From NCBI GenBank assembly GCA_000004985.1, contig GG738913.1: a DNA stretch of 64,000 nucleotides. One strand, given 5' to 3'. The notes under the pieces were generated by a model, which saw only the letters and a list, made by a program, of their open reading frames with translations, did no database searches and had not been told where the DNA came from. Positions 56,110-64,000 of the stretch are shown piece by piece. Numbering within the stretch: position 1 is the first letter of the stretch; the number at the start of each line of letters is the position of its first letter. The DNA is from Naegleria gruberi (Eukaryota). Position numbers and translations under genes: made by a program.

Positions 56110-57402
56110 TTACAAGAGTAAAACTGCAATCATGACAAATAAAGTCATAACAGAAATGACAGATCTAACTGCAGAGCTACCTCTTGAAGTTGTTGCAATG
56201 ACCTTATCAGTATATTGAACAGAGTATTCCTTTCTGTCCATTTCAAGAGTCCATCCCTTATCGATTTCAGCCTTACCAGCTTCAACAATCCATGGCTTTA
56301 AGACATAGCTTCCTTCAGTTGGTGAGTTTTGAATCTTGACAGACATGGAGAGAGTACCAGTACCAGGAGCAACACTCTTTTGAATTGCCTTACCAAACCA
56401 AGAATAATCTGGTAATCTCAAAAAGTCAACTACAATATCCACATTGACATTGGCAGAATAATCAACATCAACTGTAACAGTTTGACTATTCAATGGAATT
56501 TTAACTGGTGGAGTCTTAATACGAATGGAATTACCAACCAATGGTGCATTATTATTATTGGTTGATCCAGAATTTGAACCAGTTGATGGAGCGGGTGTAG
56601 GAGTAACTGGGTTACCTGTAGATGTAATTTGAGCATCCCAACATGAGGTATATGGAGCACTTCCAGCATTGAATACCCATCTCCATTGGAAAGCATAACG
56701 ACCCTCAGGAGTGTTAGCTGGAATTGTGAAACAATTAGTACACAATGCCTTATCCATATTTTCACAGAATTTTGGACAATTTTGGAATCCTTTACCACCA
56801 CCATTTTCCAAAGTATTTGGAGCAACGTTATTTCCCCAATCTTGCAATAATTTCCAATCATTAGCACCTGGATCACTGGTTGGATTCAAACTAGAGTAGT
56901 AAATCTTGTTTCCATTATCTGGAATGTATTGGTTGGTGCATGAAGCAGCAACGTGATTCTTGGCTGGATATGCAAGACAAACCTTTTGTCCTGGTCTGTA
57001 TGTGGCCATTGGATATGATGATCTGTAAAAAAATCATGTGGTCAACCAGGACATGTTAAAATTGCAGAGAAACTTACGTATAGAAAGATTGATAGTTTCC
57101 ATTGGTAAGACCATATTTACAACTAGTATCTTGGTGATTGTATCCAGTATCTCCACCGAAAGCGCTGTTAATAGCTATTAGAAAGTTGAAGAAATAAATA
57201 TTCGAAATGTAAATATATTCGAATTAAATGAACTTTACGTACCAGCATGTGCAGACCAATTTCTTGGACGTGCTCTACATTTAGAAGCACTGTAATATTG
57301 ACCGTTTTCTTCAGTATAATCAGTGCAGTCAATCCATGAGTGAGCATAGACAGCAGACAGACACAAGCTCAACACGAATAATGAAAGAATAACTTTGTGC
57401 AT
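56110..57402 (-). CDS. secreted protein with His at the predicted mature N-terminus, LPMO-like candidate, with S/T/P linker and GPI-anchor-like tail; exons 57243..57402, 57078..57174, 56110..57022
   Basis: ATG at 57400-57402 gives MHKVILSLFVLSLCLSAVYA|HSWIDCTDY..., so His is the first residue after the signal peptidase site. Introns GTACGT..AATAG at 57175..57242 (68 nt) and GTAAGT..TTACAG at 57023..57077 (55 nt) join in frame (total 1170 nt). C-terminal TPTPAPS linker and hydrophobic tail VMTLFVMIAVLLL. Confidence 0.65.
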
Positions 57403-57944
57403 TTTTTTCCTTGATGATTCGTATTAAAAAGAAGCAATCGATGGATTATAATGTCACACCTTCATAATTAAATCGGGTGGCTACTTGACATCTTGTGCTC
57501 ATCAACATACCACCCGCAAGAATCCTTGCCAAACATTGTTTCAGTGTGCTTATTGATATTCACTTTTCAATTATTACAATAAAATATTTGAATTGATTTG
57601 GAAGAGACATTGTTAATTATTGTAGTTGATATAATTGATATTGAACGAAAATTATAAAGATGAAACCTGTTATCTGTTAATATCTTTGAACGGTTGGATA
57701 TTTTGGCCCATGTTTGGGTTCTCATTGTTAAATTCTAACAAACGTCTGGATAAAATAGTTGTGTGGCTAAACCCTTCGGAAATTTCAATGCTGATTTCGT
57801 GATTTGAAAGCACTTAATCTAGAGTTGAATATCCAGAAATTAATAATGGAATGGTATGTAGATTCCATTTATTCCATTGTATAAGATTTACAGTAGTAGC
57901 AGATGATGAAGGTGTGAAATCTTATTGTGTGTTTAATCCATCAT

Positions 57945-59255
57945 TCATAGAGACTCAATGAAACTGTCCATTGTTTCAGAGAGTGGAAGTACAATAGTGT
58001 TGCTTGACTTGTTTTGAATCCAATCCTTCAAAACAGGTGGTAAATTAGAATCATTATAGAGTTGGAGGAAAATGTCTGGAATGATGAATAGGATTGGAGT
58101 GTTCTTCTTGATATCATTCAAGAGTTTGTTCATTGGGAATCTTGAGAGTGGGACACCTAACACGACAACCAGATCACAATTTTCAAAATCACTTCTCTTA
58201 TTATCTGAAATGGAGGATGGATAGCTCTCTCCCAACATGAGAATATTTGGTTTCAGACTGCAATCCTTCTTGGCCATTTGTTCACATTTTCCCTTCTTAT
58301 TGGTTGGAACATCCTTGTTAGGGAACATGGCAGCTCCTGTTTTGAAATCAAAAGTCTTTTCACAAGTTGAGCAAGTAAAACTATCAAGTGTTCCCAAGCA
58401 ATTAATAACTTTTTCATCTTCAAATGGTAATTTTTCAATACTTTCACTGTAAATCCTTTGAATTTTCTCTTGTTCATCGAGACTCATTAAAAACTTCAAT
58501 ACCTTGCTTGGCTTTTTATAAATTCTACTCCATCCATATGTTAATTTCTCCAAATAATTCAATAATGGTCTTGGATTTTCCACAAATCGATCAAAATTAA
58601 ATAAATCATCAGTACTTCCTTCATTAACTTCCAAATCCTGTTTCATATCTTGCTTTCTAGTCTTGATTTGTTCAAGTTGAAAATTCTGAATTTCCTCAAC
58701 GGATGCATATTCAATTCCCTCAACAACTTTCTCAGCCTTATGCTCAATATTATAGAGAATGTGTAAATCACCAAAAACATGACTCGAATGCACAGCATTT
58801 GTCTGTTGATAATACTTGATTGTTGCCTTTTCAAAAACATCCTTCGGAAGCACAGCTTGTGTCGTTATCGTCGGTCCAGTCACTACAATAATCTTCTCCT
58901 TTTCCTTTAGTAGATTTCTAGCCTTTTCCAAGAGAGTAGAAGAAGAAGACTTTTCCTCTTGAATTTTCCTCTTTAATTGATCCGTTAGTGATTGTTTTTG
59001 TATTCTTTTCTGAGAAGTTGTTGTATAATAGCCTTCTTCATTATTCTCTTCTTCTATTGTTGTTGTTGCTTCTAATTCTTCTTTGAAAGTTGTTCTTGTT
59101 CTTGTGGAGGAAAAAGCCTTCACTGATGAGTGAGAGAAAAATCTCGTTTGTTGAATTAATGATGATGATGAAGAAGAAAATAATGTTCTTGTTCTTCTTG
59201 TGGATTTGATGATGATTTTATTGTTGGATAAAATTGAGGATGGAATTTTGAACAT
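57945..59255 (-). CDS. divergent sirtuin-fold (Sir2-like) protein with N-terminal mitochondrial-targeting-like presequence
   Basis: ATG at 59253-59255. Sirtuin Zn ribbon CSTC...(24)...CEQMAKKDC followed by LKPNILMLGE (sirtuin LKPDIVFFGE) and DLVVVLGVPLSRFP (sirtuin DLLLVIGTSL.V.P). The NAD motif GAGIS is replaced by GPTIT. Catalytic-His position reads NCLGT. Confidence 0.55.
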   Translation of the reverse strand: MFKIPSSILSNNKIIIKSTRRTRTLFSSSSSSLIQQTRFFSHSSVKAFSSTRTRTTFKEELEATTTIEEENNEEGYYTTTSQKRIQKQSLTDQLKRKIQEEKSSSSTLLEKARNLLKEKEKIIVVTGPTITTQAVLPKDVFEKATIKYYQQTNAVHSSHVFGDLHILYNIEHKAEKVVEGIEYASVEEIQNFQLEQIKTRKQDMKQDLEVNEGSTDDLFNFDRFVENPRPLLNYLEKLTYGWSRIYKKPSKVLKFLMSLDEQEKIQRIYSESIEKLPFEDEKVINCLGTLDSFTCSTCEKTFDFKTGAAMFPNKDVPTNKKGKCEQMAKKDCSLKPNILMLGESYPSSISDNKRSDFENCDLVVVLGVPLSRFPMNKLLNDIKKNTPILFIIPDIFLQLYNDSNLPPVLKDWIQNKSSNTIVLPLSETMDSFIESL

Positions 59256-59305
59256 TTTTTGTGTTTTATTATAATTTCATAAATAATAATATTTATTATT
59301 AATAT

Positions 59306-60379
59306 TTATTCGTAAATATCAATTTTCTTATCTACAAGTGTGTAATACAAATAAGGTCCATCCAAAGCTAGTGAATTTGGTTTACTTCCCAAAACTTTAA
59401 TTTCCTTTACTGATCTTTCTACATCAATTATGAGTAAGCCAAGTGCAGTTGAGCATAGGATCTTATTCGAATCTCTATCACAGGTCAAATACAAGCATTC
59501 GGTATTATCAAAGCTCTTGATGCATCTCCAATCTCTTCTTCTGTCCTTCTCCAAAATAAGTATTTTATCGAATAGAGAAACAACTAAATGTCTGTCATTG
59601 AGAAAATCAACCGATTGTAAAATTCCATTAAAACTAAACTCAATCATGGTTAATGGTTCTCCTGTAGAAGCTTCCAAAATTGCAATACAATCACTTTCTC
59701 TATCACAAACATATAGAGTATTCTCAGAGAAATGATACTTTTCATTGAATGATTTAGATCCATACGAAACAGCTGTAGAATAGGGACTATCAAAATTATC
59801 TTGTACCCAAACTTGACATTCACGTATATTTGCATCTGGTGCACAAAGTTTTTCCAAATCGTATTTAATTAATTTTCCATAACTTCCATAAGCAATATAT
59901 AAGGCATCCGTTCTACTATCACAATATTCTAATTCCAAGGCAAGTGAATCTCCTTCTCGTTCAGTTTCTACACATGAACAGAATTCCAAAGAATTTACAT
60001 CAAAAATTAGTAATCTTTCCAATATATTATCCAAGACAATGATAGCTTGGTGAGTATGTGAAATTTTCACATCATATGGATTAGTAAATAGACAATCACC
60101 AATAATTCCTTCAACTTCTATAGATCCATCAATCGAATCGACACAATTAAACTGATACTTGAATGTACTCAATTTCCTCTTCTCCCAATGTCTTTTCAAT
60201 TTCACCATGGAATTTAATAATTCCTCCCTTTCATTAAAATTCCACAAATTAACTTTTACACAATCTTCATTAACTTTCTGATCAGCATTCTTCTTGATTT
60301 TTTTCTGTGATGATTCTCCACCCGATGATGAAACTCGTTTTCCTGATGATGAAATTTTCACCCCACCAATTTTTTTCAT
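59306..60379 (-). CDS. beta-propeller-like repeat protein, tandem paralog Y
   Basis: ATG at 60377-60379. Shares blocks with 60538..61453 (ALYIAYGSYGKLIKYDLEKL vs NIILVGSEKMLYKYDLKKIL). Repeated hydrophobic-blade pattern. Confidence 0.5.
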   Translation of the reverse strand: MKKIGGVKISSSGKRVSSSGGESSQKKIKKNADQKVNEDCVKVNLWNFNEREELLNSMVKLKRHWEKRKLSTFKYQFNCVDSIDGSIEVEGIIGDCLFTNPYDVKISHTHQAIIVLDNILERLLIFDVNSLEFCSCVETEREGDSLALELEYCDSRTDALYIAYGSYGKLIKYDLEKLCAPDANIRECQVWVQDNFDSPYSTAVSYGSKSFNEKYHFSENTLYVCDRESDCIAILEASTGEPLTMIEFSFNGILQSVDFLNDRHLVVSLFDKILILEKDRRRDWRCIKSFDNTECLYLTCDRDSNKILCSTALGLLIIDVERSVKEIKVLGSKPNSLALDGPYLYYTLVDKKIDIYE

Positions 60380-60537
60380 TTTTTTAAATTGGGAATTGTC
60401 TATTTTTAAATTCCCTTGTTTGGTTCTATTTAGAATCTATGGTTGTATTGGAATTACAACATTAGTATTGGATCCTGATGGCTTTATTAATAAATGAAAC
60501 TGATCTATCTTGTTTACAATCATGAAGAACAACTAGT

Positions 60538-61453
60538 TTAATAAAGGACAACTAGATTTCTCTTACCAATGTTTGAAATTATCATTCTTCCATTCCTTTC
60601 ATTAATGACCAGGCAACGATTATTACTAAATTCTTCAAACTTATGTTGTGAAATAGGTTCTAAATCTTTTGTAAACACAAAAATGGCACCAATTGCATCA
60701 CTCACATATACCTTTTCTGATTTTTCTTCATAAAATATTGAAAAACATCGACTAATTTCCAGTTCACTTGTTGGTCTTACTTCTTTGTGGGCATTCCAAT
60801 ATCCATTCTCGTCTTTCCTAAATAGTCCAATAAAATTATTTCCACAAGCTATCAAATCACCGTTTGGTAAGCACTTTACATCTGCTAAATTTTTTATAAT
60901 CTAAAATACTCGTAATGTATTCACCACTTTTTGAATCAAAAATTTGAATAGTATCATTATAGTCAACCACAAATAATTGATTGTCCATTGAGTCAAATCC
61001 CACAAGAAGTGAGCATGTAGTTTGCTGTTCCCAAATAAGAGCTGTGTAAAGGGATTCATTGGTTAGTTTTTCATCCAATATTTTCTTTAAATCATACTTG
61101 TAGAGCATCTTTTCTGAACCTACAAGAATGATGTTTAATTCAGAAGGTGTTCTTTCCAAATTCACAAAATCCAATTCATTTCCAAAAAGAAGAGAATACA
61201 CCACATTATACGAATCCAAATCCAAAAATTTAACTCCATTTACAACAACAACCAACAATAAATTGTATTCTCTAACAATTACGAAACTAAACGAACAACA
61301 ACCCAAATCAATTACCCTTTCAATAGCAAATCGACCAGAAAATTCCACCATTGTAGGTTCTTTAAATTTTCCTTTTAAATAATTTTGTAATGTTGAATTG
61401 GCTTCCGGTGTATCAATCAAGTCAAACACCACACAACACTCATCTTGTGCCAT
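60538..61453 (-). CDS. beta-propeller-like repeat protein, tandem paralog X (two ORFs 60857..61453 and 60538..60855 separated by a frameshift or a 25-nt GT..AG segment)
   Basis: ATG at 61451-61453. The frame changes at ~60870-60895. Removing GTATTTTAGATTATAAAAAATTTAG restores the frame (...YITS|T|DVKCLPNGDLIACG...). Confidence 0.4.
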
Positions 61454-61711
61454 TTTTTTGTGGATTCTTTTGAAAAAACACCAAAATAATAACTTGGAAC
61501 TTGAAAAACATGGAAAAGAATGCAGATGGTGAACCTTGTCTTCAAGACCAACCGCTTAAAGAGTAGAAAGGGATAGGTACAAGTGAATTGTAAAGTTCAA
61601 GTACCATTACAGTAAACCAATTATTCTTTCCAAAGTTTACTATTTATCTGAATTTATTTCTTTCCATTTTTAGGCTAGACAGTACTTGCTTAATCGAAAA
61701 TCTTAAAAGGT

Positions 61712-61795
61712 TCCGATGAGACGGAATTGAACCGCCGACCATAGGATGACAGAGCTAACTACAGTCCCATGCTCTACCAACTGAGCTATCATCGG
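61712..61795 (-). tRNA. tRNA-Tyr (anticodon GTA) with 11-nt intron
   Basis: Reverse complement is CCGATGA-TA-GCTC-AGTTGGTA-GAGC-A-TGGGA-CTGTAG[TTAGCTCTGTC]A-TCCTA-TGG-TCGGCGG-TTCAATT-CCGTCTC-ATCGG... The canonical intron lies 3' of position 37. Total length 84 nt. Confidence 0.9.
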
Positions 61796-61922
61796 ATATG
61801 ATTGGAAAGTCGAAATAACTTTTTATAAATACTTGTCATCAAGTCTCCTTTTAATCAGACATTGCTGCAAAAGCATGCTTTTTGGTGTTAGGCCTAACAA
61901 TTCATTAAAATTCTTGAGAAAA

Positions 61923-63137
61923 CTAAATCACCATTGCCTGGCAAAGTTTTGGAGGCAATCTTGATACTGTCTCGCTATCATAAAAGAGTTTTTTTCTATT
62001 TTGAATTCCAAATTTTAACAACTCTTTGAAAAAACTTTCAAAAAATTCCAAATCAATATAATTTTCACATATTGAAACAATGTCAAAATAATTATCAATT
62101 GTAATTCTAAAGTTATTCTTGCAATATATTACTAAATATTTAACTTCATATTTCATTGCCATATCTAGGAGGCTAATAATCTTTTCAGATTTATTGAGAT
62201 CAGCAAATGTTGATCCACAGTCAAACATAGCGTTAAATAATGAACTTGTTGAGCTTAAAATCGTTTTGTGGCAGTACAAGTAATTATTTTCATCCATTTG
62301 AATTTTTAAATCACTTGTTTTCTTATCATTGTATAATTGATTAATTTTCAAAGGTTCTATTTCAATTATTTCATTTAAAATTATTGGATTTGGTTGAGAT
62401 AATACAATTTTAGAGAAAATATTAACACAATATCTAGTCATGATTGGAAGAGTTGGTAAATATTTCGAACCTTCTTCGGTTTTCGTTTGAATGGCAGCAA
62501 ATTCAACACAGTAATTATGCAAATATTCAAGAATATAATTTTTTAAGTGCAATTCATTTGTGCATTGAGATAAATAAAGTTCAATTTCTTCCCATTTCTT
62601 GGAAAGATTTTGAATGGTCAGAGATTGAATAAATTGGAATACACACAACTTTTTCAATTCTATAAATTCATTATTCTGGAATAATCCTAAAATGAATAAT
62701 ACATTCAAAATTTCGTCATCATTAAATTTCAATTTAATCTCATTATAAAGTTGCGAGTCAATTAGGTTTTGAATAATTTGCTGTTGAGTTGAATTCAGAG
62801 ATGAAATTAGTGGCTCGTTCTTTAAAATCAATTTAGAAAATAATGGTGATAATATTTCAATGAGAGGAATGAATGCATAAATTGAGGTTTTGAATAGTAA
62901 ATCTCTTGAATGTTTTTTTAACTTGATTTCAAGTTTTTGTGGATATTTAAATCCACCAATATGAGGATTTTTTGATATATCAAAAGTAGAATCACCTCCA
63001 TGTCCTCGTTTTCCATTTCCAGCAATTGTTATAATATTTCCATTCTTCAATATTTTTCTAATTTTATGATTGTTAAAGTCTGTCGGCAATGTATACTTCA
63101 TTATTTGTTGCTGAAACGAAAACGCATTGTGGATCAT
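61923..63137 (-). CDS. protein with a single N-terminal NHL repeat and a C-terminal BTB/POZ domain
   Basis: ATG at 63135-63137 (the ORF track starts at a TTG). NHKIRKILKNGNIITIAGNGKRGHGGD matches one NHL blade. C-terminal YLYCHKTILSSTSSLFNAMFDCG...ISLLDMAMKYEVKYL is BTB. Confidence 0.6.
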   Translation of the reverse strand: MIHNAFSFQQQIMKYTLPTDFNNHKIRKILKNGNIITIAGNGKRGHGGDSTFDISKNPHIGGFKYPQKLEIKLKKHSRDLLFKTSIYAFIPLIEILSPLFSKLILKNEPLISSLNSTQQQIIQNLIDSQLYNEIKLKFNDDEILNVLFILGLFQNNEFIELKKLCVFQFIQSLTIQNLSKKWEEIELYLSQCTNELHLKNYILEYLHNYCVEFAAIQTKTEEGSKYLPTLPIMTRYCVNIFSKIVLSQPNPIILNEIIEIEPLKINQLYNDKKTSDLKIQMDENNYLYCHKTILSSTSSLFNAMFDCGSTFADLNKSEKIISLLDMAMKYEVKYLVIYCKNNFRITIDNYFDIVSICENYIDLEFFESFFKELLKFGIQNRKKLFYDSETVSRLPPKLCQAMVI

Positions 63138-63476
63138 CAAGTTGTGAGGTTGTCATGGATTTGTGTGTTTCGCTTATTTTTTTAGAAATTGTTTATTATT
63201 AACATGCAAAGTTCTTGTTTGGAGATGAACCATAATACTAGATTGAAAATTTTAAATTGGCAGTGTGGATTTATTTCCACAAAAGTAATGATTAACTAAT
63301 ACATATTGGAGCAAAATAGCCACAAACTTGTGCTTCAAAAAGTTTTGCTTTCCAGCAAGTAAACTATTAATAAATCTCATAACTTTTTGCTCTGCACTAT
63401 TAATACCATTGGTGAACGTGTTTAGAAAAAAATCAAAACAAAAAAAAACAATTAAATAACCCACAACATATCATAA

Positions 63477-64000
63477 TGATCAGAAAATCCATTATTCCAG
63501 CAATCTTTTTTAAAGAAGGTCAATTCGAAGAATTTATCATGCCATCCCCAAAGACATTTAAAATCCACACTCCAGCAATTAACCATAGAAAGAAATTAGT
63601 TATTGGTCCACTTTCAGCATTTCTCCCATTAGAAATAATTGAATGTGTACTTTCATTCATATCTCATCAAGATTTCATTCAAGCTCTTTCAGGTTGTTTG
63701 TATTCTCTTGAGGGAGGAAAGAAATTTGCATTAAATCCACCAAACGAAACTGAATTTGATGAAGATTTGAATGTCACTCGATTGGAATTACTTCAATTAG
63801 TGAAGAGAAGAGGAGGTGTCATTGCCTCAAGTATTAAGGATGTTGAGGTTTTGAGTGCAATTTTCTCGATTCGTATACCAGTTGATGATTCGTTTAAACT
63901 CAAGATTCATTTGATGAATATCGACAATTTGAGTAACAAGCTGATCGATTTACTTGAACAGTTTCACACTGTAGAATTGGATAACATTAATCTGAAATTT
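63477..64000 (+). CDS. F-box-like protein, 5' portion (continues past window end)
   Basis: ATG at 63477. The frame is open to nt 64000 and absent from the ORF track because there is no stop in the window. PLSAFLPLEIIECVLSFISHQDF is F-box-like. Confidence 0.45.

Noticed and set aside
1-64000. Prokaryotic defence/CRISPR systems or bacterial operons
   Set aside because: The window is eukaryotic, with spliceosomal introns, an intron-containing tRNA-Tyr, a KDEL tail, GPI-anchor signals and Pol III terminators. No repeat-spacer arrays are visible.
1-64000. Transposons or retroelements
   Set aside because: No ORF has reverse-transcriptase, integrase or transposase motifs. No terminal inverted or long terminal repeats were seen. 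The only dispersed similarity is the AT-hook gene family itself.

Overview
This window is AT-rich eukaryotic nuclear DNA, gene-dense (about 38 protein-coding genes in 64 kb), with short GT-AG spliceosomal introns of 44–74 nt. Its gene content points to a social-amoeba-like (dictyostelid) amoebozoan genome. I infer that from very large iterative type-I polyketide synthases, ACG-style receptor cyclases with an extracellular sensor domain, many F-box proteins, GH5 cellulases, and secreted GPI-anchored NHL-repeat proteins. It is an inference, not shown by the sequence directly. There are no prokaryotic systems (no CRISPR, no defence islands) and no recognisable transposons.

What is annotated:
- Housekeeping genes: EF-1alpha, cobalamin-independent methionine synthase, the ESCRT-II subunit VPS22, a LEO1-like Paf1-complex subunit, an ER glutaredoxin ending in KDEL, a GPAT-like acyltransferase (partial at the window edge), and a Ser/Thr kinase.
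- Two tRNA genes: tRNA-Asp(GTC), and tRNA-Tyr(GTA) carrying an 11-nt intron.
- An accessory region at roughly 26–46 kb:
  - A roughly 2,830-aa PKS with an unusual KS-AT-DH-cMT-KR-ACP-TE plus TcmP/LCM-type methyltransferase plus C-terminal TM-anchor architecture. Its KS domain is interrupted by a 28-nt frameshifting insertion that contains adjacent EcoRI and SphI sites.
  - A RetSat/CrtISO-like FAD oxidoreductase next to it, missing about 70 codons of its FAD-binding fold.
  - A three-member family of small single-AT-hook proteins.
  - Two paralogous receptor-type class-III cyclase-like genes with mapped introns.
  - A secreted protein with a Ser/Arg-repeat tail.
- A cellulolytic pair at 55–57 kb: a GH5 endoglucanase convergent with a three-exon gene for a secreted protein whose predicted mature N-terminus is His (LPMO-like, GPI-anchored).
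- A 1,096-aa GPI-anchored NHL-repeat surface protein, a BTB protein carrying a single NHL repeat, and tandem paralogous beta-propeller-like genes.
- A divergent sirtuin-fold protein.
- A 230-bp GC-rich island with 5S-rRNA-like stretches ending in a T8 run.

Caveat on coordinates: in a few places (about 12.4 kb and 48.7 kb) my manual base counting and the ORF track disagree by 1 nt. Splice-site coordinates should be read as accurate to ±1–2 nt. Several ORF-track N-termini begin on non-ATG codons and were trimmed to the first plausible ATG.
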